Positions 45,611 through 60,054 of a stretch of DNA of 64,000 nt are shown piece after piece. The translations under genes and the position numbers were made by a program. The stretch is from Dictyostelium discoideum. Lineage: Eukaryota. Position 1 is the first letter of the stretch. Every line of letters begins with the position of its first letter. The stretch spans positions 3,648,001 to 3,712,000 of the forward strand of contig CM000151.3 in assembly GCA_000004695.1 (NCBI GenBank), read 5' to 3'. The notes under the pieces are model-generated. The model worked only from the letters and a program-made list of their open reading frames with translations. It had not been told where the DNA came from and ran no database searches.

Positions 45611-47662
45611 ATGAATATTGAGGGGGATGACGAAGAATTTTATAATTTTAATGGTAAGTTTTAGTATTTAATTTTAATTTTAATTGCTTTACATATTAAT
45701 TTACATAATAATAAAAAAAAAAAAAAATAAAAAAAAAAATGAAAGAAGATATAAAAAAAAAAAGAAAATTTACAAAAGAAGATGCAATCTATGGTGTATT
45801 TAATGATGGATGGGGAGATTATGAAGATGAAGAAGAATCTAAAATGACAGAGGAGGAATATTATAAAATGAAAAAAAGATATTCAACACCAGTTGGTTTC
45901 GTTGCAAGTGGTATTTATGAACCAAATGAACATAAATTAAAAAATAAAGATGGTGAAAATATTGACAACGATGATGATGACGGTGAAGAAAAAAAAAAAA
46001 AAAAAAAAGAAAAAAAAGAAAAGAAACAAAAGAAAAAAGAGAAAAAAGAAAAAAAAGAAAAGAAAAATAAAAAAAAGAATAAATATGGTGGTGGTGGTGG
46101 TAATAATTATGATGATAGTGATAATGATAAATCAATTGAAGATAAACCAGTTGGTGGTATTGGTGCAGCTTTATTATCAAAAATGGGTTATAAAGGTACA
46201 GGTGGTTTAGGTCGTGATGGTGGCGGTATGGTTGAACCAATTAAAGTACAAGTTAGACCTAAAAATGCTGGTTTAGCATCTGTTACAGAATTAAATGTTA
46301 ATAGTAGTGATGATAGCGACGATAGTGATCAAAGTGAAGGTGATACTGATAGTGATAATGAAAATAAGAGATCATTAGGTTGGAAAAAGAAAGAACCAAA
46401 ATTAAAATATGATTTTGATGAACATTTAGAATCAACAACTACAACAACTTTTAAAAAGAAAACTACCACAACAACAGCAACAACAACAACATCATCAACA
46501 CCTCAAATTGTAATTGATATGCGTGGTCCAGAAGCAAGATTGTATACAGGTATGGAAGAAATCAAACATCATAAACATCATCATCATCATCAACATAATA
46601 AAGAATATCAAAATATTACATCAATATTAGATGATCAATCAAAACCATTAAGTGAATTAAAACATAATGTAGATTTATTATTAAAATTAAAACAAATTGA
46701 TATTCAAAATCAAGATAATAAAATTAAACATGAAAATGATAAAATCAATAATTTAACAAGAGGTGTTGAGAAATTGAAATTAACTATTGAAAATGATAAA
46801 GAACAAATTAAAAAAGTAACAGAGATTTTAGAAACAATAACAACCGTAAAGAAACAATTGGATCAATCGCAATTAGATTTAAAACAATTATATAAAGTTT
46901 TCAAGAAATTGAAATCAAATTATCCAAAAGAATATCAAAATTTTAAATTATATAATTTACAAAAAGAATTATTAGAACCATTATTAAAGGAGAAATTAAA
47001 TCAATGGGAATTAGAATCAAATAGTGATAATAATGATAATAGTAGTTTAGAAATTAGTAAAAAACTTTCAAAAGAAATGGTGAAATGGAGACAACTTTTT
47101 CAAGAGAGTGTATCAGTTTTGGGTGAATATCAAATCAATGTTTACTTTTTAATTATGAGAGATTTGTTTTTACCAAAGTTTAAAAATTACCTTAGAAGTC
47201 AATGGGATGTAAAGAAACCTTCAAATGCTGCAACACTAATTTCGACATGGTCCGATACATTACCAGACGTTATTCAAGAGGCATTATTGGAACAATCGAT
47301 TTTACCAAAATTAAAAGTTGCAATAGAGAAATGGGATCCTAGAACTGATCCTATACCATTGGATCATTGGTTATTACCTTGGATACCATTATTAGGTAGT
47401 GAATTGGAATCATTCTATCCTTTAATTCGTCAAAAGATAATTAGTGCCTTACAAGATTGGCATCCTTCTGATAAATCTGCAATAAAGATTTTAACACCAT
47501 GGAAAAATATTTTCCAATCAAATTCAATGGATTCTTTATTAAATAGAGCAATCATTCCAAAATTATCAAAATCAATTAAAGATTTAGAAATTAATCCTTC
47601 AAATCAAAAATCACCAATTGAAATTCAATGGTTATTAAGATGGTCAAATTTAAATAATAATG

Positions 47663-47693
<31 letters not shown>

Positions 47694-48048
47694 TAATGAT
47701 AATAATAATAATAATAATTCAATAACAACAACAGATAATATTAATTTAGATTCTGGATTAATAACATTATCAACAATAATTTGTATATTAGAAAAGGATT
47801 TCTTTACACGTTGGTTAAAAATTTTATTGGAATGGTTAAAATCACCAGATGCAAATTTAGAGGAAATTTCAAATTGGTATAGTGGTTGGAAAAAACAATT
47901 CCCAAAAGAAATCATTTCAAATGATAAAATTAAATCAATATTTAATATTTCTTTAAATTTAATGAAAAAAGTATTATCAAATGAAACCATTCAAAAAGAT
48001 GATGAAATTTTAATTTCTCAAAAAATTAATTCACTTTTAAATACAAAT

Positions 48049-48079
<31 letters not shown>

Positions 48080-48390
48080 TTAATAATTCATATCAACAAC
48101 AAAATCAACAACAACCAATAAAACCAATTTCATCACCATCTTTAAATAGTAGTAATAATAATAATATTGATAATATATCAACTAAACAAATGGTTGAACA
48201 ATTAGCAATTAAAAATGGTTTATTATTTATACCATCTGAAAAGAAAACAAATTCAGGTCAACAAATTTATATTTTCGATAAGATTCCAATAATAATTGAA
48301 AGAGATTTAATTATGTATAATAATAATAATAATAATAGGTGGGAACCTGCTAATATTCAATATTTATTAGATAAGTCATTAAATAAATAA
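45611..48390 (+). CDS. tfip11: Tuftelin-interacting protein 11 (TFIP11/STIP/Ntr1) G-patch splicing factor, about 895 aa. Two exons: 45611..45653, 45746..48390.
   Basis: Exon 1 MNIEGDDEEFYNFNG and exon 2 EDIKKKRKFTKEDAIYGVFNDGWGDYEDEE align to the human TFIP11 TIP-N region ENFEITDWDLQNEF...TKEEATYGVWAERDSDDE. The G-patch is GIGAALLSKMGYKGTGGLGRDGGGMVEPIKVQVRPKNAGLA. A long GCFC-type C-terminal region follows. Donor is GTAAGT and acceptor is AAAG. The alternative is a single exon starting at ATG 45739. Confidence 0.7.
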
Positions 48391-48536
48391 TAATATAACA
48401 ATAATAATAATAAGGATAATTATAATTTAGTTTATAATAATATAAAAGTGATTGTATTACATTTTAAATAATACAATAGAAAATTTTTATTTATTTTTTT
48501 TTATTTTTTAAATTTTTTATTTGATTAAGAATATTG

Positions 48537-49394
48537 TTAAATTTGAGGACATTGACAGGAATTAAATTCAAAACAATATGGACCAGTCCATGGGTAAAAA
48601 CATTCACATACACCATTATTACAAATACCATTAGCAAAGCAATCACCATAACAAAGAGTTGAATCATATTGAAATGAATTAATACCAGTATAAAGTAATT
48701 GATTATTTGTTGAATTATAAATTGTGATATCTTGACTACCATTGCCTTGTGGTGCAACACCTGAAAAACGAGTTGATCCAATTTGTACAATTCTTAATTT
48801 TTTATTTCCAATTAAAATTGAAAATGTTCCAATTTGTGGATCTTGACCAAACCATCCATCTGCAATAACATGTCCACCATCGATTGATGAACTACTAATT
48901 GTGTTAATGTATGGTGATGATTCAACATCACATAATTCACCTGTGAAACCAGTTTCACATTGACAATAACCATTTAAAGTTTCACCATTTACACAATTTG
49001 TTTGATATCTATAATAGTTATCTTGGAACCATGTTATACCATTTTGAGTAACTGTAACATTATAAAATGTATTTTCAGGTAATACTCCAGCATAACATTT
49101 AATCATCCAAAAATAAGCAACGAATATAGAGCAAGTGGTACCACCAATTAAAACTGATAATCCATCATGTGTTTCTCCAAAATCACCCCAAAACAATACA
49201 TATCCACCATGTGCATATGCAGGAACATACCCAGTTACATTATGGTTAAATGTACAATTAACACCAGAATATCCAGGAAGACATTCTTGAGATGAAGAAG
49301 AAGAAGATGACACTGATGACACTGATGAAGAAGTTTGAGATAAACAAATCGAAACTATTGATAAAATAATTAATAAACTTGAAATAAATTTCAT
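48537..49394 (-). CDS. Secreted cysteine-rich protein with EGF-like modules, 285 aa, single exon. It has a signal peptide and a poly-Ser linker.
   Basis: MKFISSLLIILSIVSICLSQ (signal peptide); SSVSSVSSSSSSS; then CLPGYSGVNC, CQCETGFTGELC, and C-terminal CYGDCFANGICNNGVCECFYPWTGPYC (EGF-like Cys spacing). Several N-glycosylation sequons are present. Confidence 0.6.
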   Translation of the reverse strand: MKFISSLLIILSIVSICLSQTSSSVSSVSSSSSSSQECLPGYSGVNCTFNHNVTGYVPAYAHGGYVLFWGDFGETHDGLSVLIGGTTCSIFVAYFWMIKCYAGVLPENTFYNVTVTQNGITWFQDNYYRYQTNCVNGETLNGYCQCETGFTGELCDVESSPYINTISSSSIDGGHVIADGWFGQDPQIGTFSILIGNKKLRIVQIGSTRFSGVAPQGNGSQDITIYNSTNNQLLYTGINSFQYDSTLCYGDCFANGICNNGVCECFYPWTGPYCFEFNSCQCPQI

Positions 49395-49727
49395 TTTTTT
49401 TTTTTTTTTTTTTTAAAAAAAGTAAATAATAAATTTAAAAATATAAAAAGTAATTTGTTTTGATAATAAAATATTTGATATGATAAAAATTCGAAATTAA
49501 TTGAGCTATTTATATTGGCCAAACCAAGAATCAATTGAGAATCCATTTTTTTTTTAAAAAAATTTACATTTTTCCAGTAATTTTTAATTTTTTGGAATTT
49601 CTTGGAAATTGATGGTATTATAAATAAAAAAAATCTTTTCTTTTTAAATTATATAATTGTAAAAATATTAAAACAACATTCTCCAATTTTTAAGTTATTT
49701 TTTTTTAAAAACACACAATTCCAATTA

Positions 49728-49775
<48 letters not shown>

Positions 49776-49843
49776 AATTGTTGAAATGTGTGTTACTTTT
49801 ATTTTTTGGTTTTTGTTATTATTTATTTATTTATCATTAAAAA

Positions 49844-50798
49844 ATGATTTCGTCAAGTTTAAAACCAAGTGTATTATTATGGATATTAGCAATACTTATA
49901 CCATCAACATTAATTACAACATATACATTAACAGTTTTATTATTTCATGGAATTAGAAGAACAGTTCCCTACATAAGTGATACAATTGATTTTAGTCCTG
50001 GTAATAATTAATTTTTTCATTTTTTAAAATAATAATTTCGAAAAAATTATAATTTTAACCAATTTTTTTAATTAATTTTAGAAAGTTGCATAGGTACCTT
50101 TTTTATTTCAATTTCAGCATTTTTAGTGTTCATAGTTGTATTTGTAAAACATTTTTTATTACAAAACAATATTAATCAAAATTTTAATATTGATATTATC
50201 CTTAATGAGAATGAAAATGAAAAAAAGAAAAATAGAGCAAAAATGTTAAATAGAATTTCAACTTTTTTAGGTTTGATATGTGGAGTATGTATACATGGTG
50301 TTTCATCATTTCAATATCATAATACCGGTCTTGTCCATTCAATATTTGCAGCATCTTTTTTTTTTACTGGTTTTATTTATATATTTACACAAACTTATTT
50401 GGATCATAAGTTTAGTAAATTACCAAAAAGAATTTTAATATTAAGAAGAGTAATATCATTAACAACATCAGTGTTTATTGGATGTATGTATATATATATA
50501 TATATATGTATATTTATAAATTAATTAATTTTTTAAAAAAAAAAAAAAAAAAAACCTAGATAATTAAAAAAAAAAAAAAAAAAAAACCATTATAAAAATA
50601 GATATTATATTACAATTTTTTATAGATAATTTAGCACCAATTTTAAAAATTATATCAGCATTATCAATATTTTTTTATTTAATATCATTTTTTTATGAAT
50701 TTTCAAAAATTACTATAAACTTTCAAATAAATACAATTTCACAAATAGAACACCAAAAAGAATATAATGAAAATTCTGCATTATTAATTTCACAATAA
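49844..50798 (+). CDS. DRAM/Frag1/Sfk1-family multipass membrane protein (TMEM150/PGAP2-like), about 243 aa. Three exons: 49844..50000, 50082..50483, 50626..50798.
   Basis: The N-terminal TM helix is followed by RRTVPYISDTIDFSPG|ESCIGTFF (the PYISDTG family motif). There are six predicted TM helices. Donors are GTAATA and GTATGT; acceptors are TTTTAG and TTTTATAG. Confidence 0.55.
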
Positions 50799-50911
50799 TT
50801 ATATAAAATTAAGTAATAATAATAAAAATAACAATAATAAAAATAAAAATAATAATATGTTATTTTATAAAAAAAATAATTTTATTCTTTATTGTTTATT
50901 TATTTATTTAT

Positions 50912-51495
50912 TTAAACCATTTGACCAATATTTTTTATATTTGAAGGTATTGGGGAAGAATAGTATTGGAAATAAAAAGAGGATTTTTTAAATCTTTCAA
51001 AACTATCACATTCCATTAATTGAAAGATAGCAGATTGAGCCTCATCGAAAATGGTATCAATTGAAGTTTTGTTATTATAATTTTCTTCGATTTGTTTTGA
51101 GATTGTACCAGGTATATTAATTTGTTGAGCAGAATTATCAGTGATAAATTCTTTATAGATCTTTTCACATTGAATTAACTTCTCACGTTTACTCTCTAAT
51201 TTATGATAAGATTCAACCAAACACCAAAAATCTAGATTCTCTTGAGAGTATTCAGTTTGTAAGAATGATTTAAAACATTTTCTGCCATTTAAATCATTTA
51301 GAATATCGGTTAAAACTGGAATACATAACATTCTTAAATCTCTTTCTGATGAAATTGTACCTCTTCTTTCTCTAGTTCTAGTTGTCATTGGTGGTGTTAA
51401 AGTTTCACCATTTCCACCAATACCAGCTGATGAATTATTATTACCATTATGAGAATTTAAATAATTATTATAATTATAAATATTATTTCCACTAC

Positions 51496-51544
<49 letters not shown>

Positions 51545-52925
51545 ATTATTATTGTTATTGTTATTATTATTATTGTTATTATTATTGTTATTATTATTAA
51601 TTAAACAATCAACAATATCTTGAGTTTGTGATGAAGAATTATTTCTAAAATGAGTTCTATTTCTATGACCTCTTGGTGAAACAGGATTTGCAGAATTAAA
51701 TTCAGCCAATGATGAAGTAGCTGATGGTGTATTTGAACCACTACCACCACCTAATGATTGTAAATTTAAGAATAATGGATTACCTCCACCACTATTACTT
51801 CTATTAACCATTGGACTATTACTACTACCACCAACTCCATTATTTACTGGTAATTGTAATAAAGGTACAATTGATGGTTTTGTACTAACTAATGTTGGTG
51901 AGGTTACTGGTGATTTTGAATTTGATCCATTCTTTTTCATGTCTAATACAGATGACATCTTTTGGAAAATTGGTTGTTTTTGAATTGATTTTGGTATTAG
52001 ATTTTGACCAATTGATACTGATAATGATAAAAATGATTTACCATTTGAAGATTTACCACTTGTTGGTGGCGACATTGGTTTCAATTCTGGTGTTGATTGA
52101 GTTGAACATGATGGAGTTGAAGATTCTTTATTATCCTTATGATGATTATTTGGTGTTGATGGAGATGAGGTTTGACTTCTACTACTATGGCTATTATTAT
52201 TATTATTATTATTATTACTATTATTGTTACTACTATTATTACTACTATTATTATTATTATTGTTATAATGACCATTTAAATGATGTTGATGAATTTCTTC
52301 TAAATTTAATCTATTAATTTTAATTTTTTCTTTTCTATGATTTTCTTTTAAAATTGAAGAATTTAATGATGTATTATTATTATTGTTATTATTATTATTT
52401 ATATTTGAAGTAATTGATGGTGAAGAGGATAAATTAAATGATGAAGAGAGTGACGGACTTGAAGAGAAATTAATATCATTATGATGTTGTAATACACTAC
52501 CACCACATCTAAATGACTCACCACTAATATCTAAATGGGAGGGTATCATAATTGAACCTTTACCTCTTTCAACATAACTACTATTATTACCATTATTTAA
52601 ATGATTAATATCAATTAAACCATTACCATTGTTAAAAGATGCAATTAAATCTTTAATTGATGGTTCATGATCACCATCATTATCTTGATTTGATAAATCT
52701 TCAACCAATTCAACACTTGTAGTTGTTGTGGTAGTTGTTGTTGTAGTTGTTGTTGTAGTTGTTGTAATACTACCACTTGAAATTAAAGTTGGTGAAGTTA
52801 ATAAATTATTTGTAAATGAAACTTGGAAACTACTTGCAACAATTGGTGGTGATGTTGGTGATGATGGTAATATTGATAATTTATCAATACTACTATTTAT
52901 ATTTTCTCTTATGTTAATATTATTT

Positions 52926-53024
<99 letters not shown>

Positions 53025-54480
53025 TTATCATTATTTTTTGATTTATTAACAATTTCAAATGTCGAATAAGATGGTGATAATTCACTTCGTTCATCTTTAT
53101 TATTTGAACCTTTATTATTATTATTATTACTAGATGTATTACGAGCATTTGATTTCTTTTGATTTTTTATTTCAATTTCAGATAATGAGGCATGTTTCTT
53201 TAATTTTCTTTCTTTTACAGGTGGAGTTAGATTGGAATTGGATTCATTATTACCACTGTTGTTCAATGCATTTGATTTTGATTTTGATTTTTTCATTAAA
53301 GCAAATTTACTTAGGAATCTCTCAAATATTGGTGAAGAAACTGTATGATTCTTTTGTTGGATAAATGGTGGTTGAAGAGAAGTTGTAGTTTGAATTGGTG
53401 TTGTTAATGGTAGTGATGGTGATGTTGGAGTTTTTGGTGTTTTTGGTGTTTTGGGGGTTTTTGGGGTTTTTGGTGTTTTGGGGGTTTTTGGAGTTCTTGG
53501 AGTTGTTGTGGAAACCAAGGTTGGCGATATTGGTGATTCTAATGATTGTTGACTATGATGATTATGATGATGATGTTGATCTAAACTTGATGATGATGAT
53601 GAGGGTGTTAATGGTGAATTTAAACTATTATTTGTAGTACTACCACCACTACCACTACCACTACCACTACCACTACCACTACCACTAGTACAACTATTAC
53701 TTGTGGAAGTACTATTTGTACTACCATTATTATTATTTAAACTACTACTATTACTTATACTTGTATTTGAAGAAGAAGTTGATAGAATATCAGAGGATTC
53801 ACAATTTTTTGAATTACCATCGTCAATAAATTTACTACTATTTAAAGTGGCACAAATACTACTTGATTTCGATTCAATACTATTTTTTCTATTGATTGAG
53901 ACGATTTTATTATCAGGAATATTTAATAAATTTTGTTGAACTTCCACAATCCTTTCTTTTGAAGGAGATGGTGAAGGTGAAGGTGATGGTGGTCTTGATG
54001 TCTTTTTATTAACATTATAATTTGTATTGGTAATTGATGTTGGACATGATTGATTTATCGTTGGGTCGCCATTTGATGAAAATAATTTTTGCTCACCACT
54101 AGTAGTCAAATAATTTGTAATATTTGTTGTTGATTTATGTTTTCTAGATAATTTTGGTGAACCACCACCACCACCTGAACCAATACTACCAACACTACTT
54201 GATAAACTACTATTACTATTACTATTTGATAATGGTGCAGATGGTGATGTTATTTGTTGAGGTGATGATAATGTTGATTGTGATTGTGATAATGAATTTG
54301 AAGATAATGCTAATGGTGATTGTGTTTGGATTTGTGCTTGTGATGTATTATTGTTATTATTATTATTGTTATTATTAATATTATTATTAAAATTATTTTT
54401 CGATGTTAATTGATTTGAATTTATTGATTGTATTGGTGGAGTTGGTATAACTATTTTTAAAGGTATTGGTTGTGATTGAA

Positions 54481-54525
<45 letters not shown>

Positions 54526-55728
54526 TACTATTACATTTTTCATTATGTAAATAATCAATTATTGATTCTAAACCTTGTTCACAAACATTAATAGGTGGTG
54601 ATGATAATGATGGATTATGCTCTAATGTAAGAGTGAATAAAGTTAATTCACAAATTTGATTTGGTAAATAATGAATACGATTATTATGTAAGAATAATTC
54701 TTTTAATGATTTCATTTGTACAATTTCTTTAGTAACCTTTTCAATCTTATTATTCGATAAATCCAAATTAATTAATTGTGTTAACTTTACCAATTTCTTT
54801 GGAAACTTTTTAAATTTATTATTTGATAATTTTAAATTAACTAAACTATTTAAATTTTTAATTGTTTTAGGTATTGCCTTTAATCTGAAATTATAATAAT
54901 TTAATAATAATAATTAGTATATAATTTTTATCATTTTTATTTATTGTATATATATATTACTTACTTATTATTTTCAAAATTTAAAGTTGTTAAATTAATG
55001 AAATGAGAATTAAAGAAATCATTTTGAATAATTGAAATATTATTATGTGAACAATTTAAATATTCAATTCTTTCTTTTTCGCATGGCAATCTTGATGGAA
55101 TCTTTTGAAAATCACGACAAGAGAAATCAATGACCATACCACCATTTGGTCCACTTGATAATATTCCCATTGACACATCGAATAATGAAGGTGATGGTGT
55201 TAGTATACTTGAAAAATCTGATACTGATGTTGATGAATTAATTGTAATTTTATTATTACCACTATTATTACCACCACTATTATTATTATTGTTATTGGAA
55301 TTTGCATTATAATGGCGCGAAGATAGTGAAGTTAATGAAATTGATGATGTTGATCTTTTTGGGGAATTTGGACAATTATTAATATTAATATTATTACTAC
55401 TACAATTACTGCTATTTGATTGTAATAAACTACCATAGTTATAACTATTATAACTATTGAAACTTGAATTAAACGTATTATTATTATTATTATTATTACT
55501 ATTATTACTATTATTACTACTATTAATATTATTATTACTATTATTATTATTACTACTACTACTATTTACAGGGCTATATGTTATTGATGATAATGATGGT
55601 TGTTGTTGTATTGATATTGAATTTAATGCTATTGAACTATTTAATTGTTGTATTGTTGATTCTTTAAAAACATTATTTTCTTTATTTATTGTTTCTATTT
55701 CGTTACTGTCAATATTTGTAGATTCCAT
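50912..55728 (-). CDS. Large LRR plus RGS-domain signalling protein, about 1578 aa. Two exons: 54965..55728, 50912..54884. It has an N-terminal N/S-rich region, leucine-rich repeats, about 900 aa of low-complexity S/N/T/P (including TPKTPKTPK and polyN), and a C-terminal RGS domain.
   Basis: The LRR region reads LTTLNFENNK|LKAIPKTIKNLNSLVNLKLSNNKFKKFPKKLVKLTQLINLDLSNNKIEKVTKEIVQMKSLKELFLHNNRIHYLP. The RGS region reads LTDILNDLNGRKCFKSFLQTEYSQENLDFWCLVESYHKLES...IYKEFI...INIP...IFQLMECDSFERFKKS. Donor is AA|GTAAGT and acceptor is TTTCAG. Confidence 0.7.
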
Positions 55729-56505
55729 TTTTTTTTTTTTTTTTTTTTTTATTTATTAAATGTTGATTTTTTTATTTCTTTATTTTTTGATTTTCTATTC
55801 AATTTTTTTTTTTCCTATATGGTTCACTAAAAAATTATTATTAGTATTTTTAAAAAATATTAATAATAATATATAAAATAAAAGAAAATAATAATAAAAA
55901 AAATAAAAAAAAGATATGATGTTGTTTTTATTGGTATAATTAAAATATTCACATATTAAAAAAAAAAATAATTAAATTTGAAAGTTAAAAATTTTAATGG
56001 AAACTCTTCCAAAAAAAAAAAAAAAAAAAAAAAAAAAGAGAGTAAATTGGAATTAGAAAATAAAATAAATCAAACACCACACAACCAACCCTATTTGTAT
56101 ATGTACAAAAAAAAAAAAAAAAAAAAATTAAAAAAAAAAAAAAAAAAAATCACCCAAAGTACAAAAGAAACATTCCCCACAACCAAGTTAAATATTGTTA
56201 ATTAAAAAAAAAATAACACCACTATCAAGATATTAAAATTTTAATAATACACCTACCACTTTATATTTGTAAATTATTGTTACAAATTCCTATTACTATT
56301 GTAAATAAAAAGTTATTATGAAAATAAATTATTATAAATTCCTTTAATTTCTTTAATTTTATTTTTCTTTTTTTTTTTTTTTTTTTTTTGATAAGATTTC
56401 TTTTTTGAATTTTAAAAAAAAAAAAAAAATAATAAAAATAAAAAATATATAGTCTTTGTGTGACAATAATAAAAAATTAAAAAAATAATGACAAAACATT
56501 TGTTT

Positions 56506-56560
<55 letters not shown>

Positions 56561-57355
56561 GAATCAATAACAATGGTTCATAAATAATCACTAATCAATC
56601 ACTAATCAATCAATAATCAGTTTTGACATTTTGCCATCCGGTTAGCCATCCACACCCAACAAACTAACAAAATTTTATAAGATGGGAAATTGAAATCGCC
56701 AAAAAAAAATAATAATAATAATTGCATAGATTGATAGAGTGATGCTGATGATGAAAATGTAAAATAATTTTATTCTTTTAAAATATTTTATTGATTGATA
56801 AAAAAAAAAATGAAAAAATAAAAAAATAAAAAAAATAATGATAAACAATAAAGATTATAATGATAAATATTTTTTAAAATACCCACATTACACTCCATTA
56901 AAGAAATAATTAATAATTATTTTATTTTTTAAAATTATTTATTATGTATATATCCCAATTTTATTATTGTGGAAAATTATTTATATTGGATTTAAAAATA
57001 AAAAATAAAAATAAAAATAAAATATGGAAATTAAAATTTATTTTTATTCTTTTTCTGTTTTCCAAATTTTTAATTAATTTTTTTAATTATTTATTTTTTT
57101 TTTTTTTTGTTTTTTATTTTGTTTTGTTTTGTTTTTTTGATTGTTTTGTTATTTTGTGATATTTTTTGATCAAATTATAAATACAGTTATTAAAAATATA
57201 TAAAATTATAAAAAATTATATAAAAAGTTGTATAAAATATAAAAAAAAAAAAATAATAATTTGGTGTGTGTCTCAATTGTGGTTGTTATGAGATTTTGTG
57301 AAGGGGTGTGTGTGCGTGTTATTTTGTCTTTTATAGATTTTATTTTGTGAAGAAG

Positions 57356-57402
<47 letters not shown>

Positions 57403-57551
57403 TTATTAATTTTAAAATAATGATTAAAAGTTAAATGTTGTTATTTTTTTTTTTTTTTTTTTTTATGATTATATATTAATATTTTTATATGAGTGTCCTT
57501 TTAATTTTATTTTGATATATATAAATATATACATAGATATATTTAAATTTG

Positions 57552-57633
<82 letters not shown>

Positions 57634-57682
57634 TTTGTAATAATAATAAAAATATTTAAAAATAAAATTAAATAATAATAAC

Positions 57683-57744
<62 letters not shown>

Positions 57745-57955
57745 TAATAAAAATTAAGATATTTTTTAAATATTGGGTGTGTGTTCAATATGTGAGTGTG
57801 TGAGAGTGGTTGGGGTTATAAAATATGATAATAATAACTATTTTTATTATATATATTAAAATAACTTAAACAAATTTATCATTATAGTATCATCAATAGT
57901 TGATATTATAATAATTAAATTGGTTAATTAAACACCAAAACACGCACACACACTG

Positions 57956-57960
<5 letters not shown>

Positions 57961-58020
<60 letters not shown>

Positions 58021-58021
58021 C
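57961..58021. repeat. (CTTT)n tetranucleotide microsatellite of about 15 units, flanked by ACACGCACACACAC and CACCCACCCACTCAG.
   Basis: Read directly from the sequence: ctctctctttctttctttc...tcacccacccactcag. Confidence 0.9.
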
Positions 58022-58119
58022 ACCCACCCACTCAGAATATTTATACATATAAAGTATATATATTATTTTTATTATTTCTATTTTTTATTATTATTATTTT
58101 TTTTTTATTTTTTATTATC

Positions 58120-58150
<31 letters not shown>

Positions 58151-58154
58151 GGAA

Positions 58155-58215
<61 letters not shown>

Positions 58216-58349
58216 TCAACGAAAACATTTTAAAAATAAATTAAAAATCATTGCAATTGACATTTTTTTAACTGATAATAATAGTAATAATTTATGAAAC
58301 AATAACAAACAAACAATGATTAATAATTATTTATTTATTAATTTATTAC

Positions 58350-58413
<64 letters not shown>

Positions 58414-58836
58414 TTATTTTACTACGAATTGGTATACCATTTGTTATTCAACAATTGTTTTGTTTTTTTTGAAAAGTGGGTGCAAATAAGGTGTGAAAAT
58501 TGATATCTGATTTTTTCTTTCAATAAAAATAAAAAATAAAAAATAAAAAAGCAATAAAAAAATAAAAAATAAATGAATAAATAAATAGTATTTTTTAAGT
58601 ATAATTACATTTGATTTAAAAAAAAAAAAAAAAAAAAGTCTATATGCGCGCTTAAAGACTTTTTAAATATGATTATATATTAAAATATTTTATTATTATT
58701 ACTAATTTATGAAGAAGTTCTATTTTAGTTTTCAAAATTTAAAAAATTATGAAACGGTAAAAAATTACTATAAATAATTATTGTACAAGGTGAATCCTAT
58801 TTTATATATTATTACAATTTTATTAATACAATTTTA

Positions 58837-58911
<75 letters not shown>

Positions 58912-59204
58912 ATTTGGGATGATAATTATTTCTAAAAAAAAAAAAATAAACAAAAAAAATAAAAAATGTGTCTCTGTGTGGTTGATTAGTTAATATTTAG
59001 ATTGATTGAGAAATTATTTTAAAAATAATAAAAAAAAAAAAAAAAATAAATATTTATATCAGAAAAAAAAATAATAATAAAGAAAATAATAAAAAAAAAT
59101 AAAAAAAATAAAAAAAAATTAAAAAATATTTTGAATGTGGTGAATTAAATGAAAAATTGAATGAAAGGTGGTTGTTATTATCAATTAGATCAACAATAAA
59201 AAAA

Positions 59205-59236
<32 letters not shown>

Positions 59237-59426
59237 AAAAAAAGTACCTAGTGTGGGGTGTGTAAAGGTGTGGGAAGAGCTTGTGTGTTGTGATTGAATT
59301 AATATAAAGTAATTTCTTGGTGTGGAAAATGAATACCTTATTATAATAAATAGCTGCATTCATCCGACGATTTTGATTGGATTTTTTTTTTTTTTTTTTA
59401 AAAAAGAACATACACATACATATGAG

Positions 59427-59461
<35 letters not shown>

Positions 59462-60023
59462 TTATTAATAATATTATTTTCTTTCTTCTTAGAATTTTGT
59501 ATAAAACAAAAAAAAAAAACTCATTTGTGGAATAATTAGTATTTTTCTATTTAAAGAAGAAAAAATAATCTATTGTATTTTATATAATGTGGTAAGGGCA
59601 CATAATTAATTTTATTTTTTTTTTTTTTCTTTTGAGATATTGTGTGTTATTTTTAACACTTATCTCAAACTTGTGATTTTTTTTTTTTTTTGGTTTTTTT
59701 TTATGATCACAAAAAACAGTTGAAATTTTTTTTTTTTTTATAATAATATGAAAATATTAAATATAATATGTGATGTTATATAAATATTTATATATTTATT
59801 TAAATATAACTGAACGCAACAGTTTCCATAAAATAAAATGACAACACAATGATTTTCACATGTGGTGTGGTGGTGGTTGTTGTGTGAAGATTTAAATATA
59901 TAGTGTGATATAAATATGTGGTGTGAAATCAGTTAATTAATTAATCGGTGTGGTTTTTTTTTTTTTTTTTTTTTCTTTCCAAGTTTATCTTTTTGTTGCC
60001 ATTATTATTACCTTTTTTAAATT

Positions 60024-60054
<31 letters not shown>

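Noticed and set aside
45839-46240. 133-aa minus-strand ORF and an 86-aa plus-strand K-rich ORF inside the TFIP11 exon.
   Set aside because: They are antisense or alternative-frame readings of the (GAA AAA)n lysine/glutamate-coding stretch.
52081-55759. Multiple plus-strand ORFs (52728..53069, 53134..53364, 53395..53637, 53703..53939, 54154..54378, 55130..55312, 55457..55759) antisense to the LRR-RGS gene.
   Set aside because: They are shadow ORFs of the low-complexity linker. The minus strand carries a continuous 4.7 kb CDS with recognisable LRR and RGS domains.
56560-56780. Possible C/D-box snoRNA (TGATGA and CTGA strings near 56745-56760) or a small RNA near the CCATCCGGTTAGCCATCCACACCC direct repeat.
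   Set aside because: The motifs are short and expected by chance. No terminal stem or guide complementarity could be established by eye.
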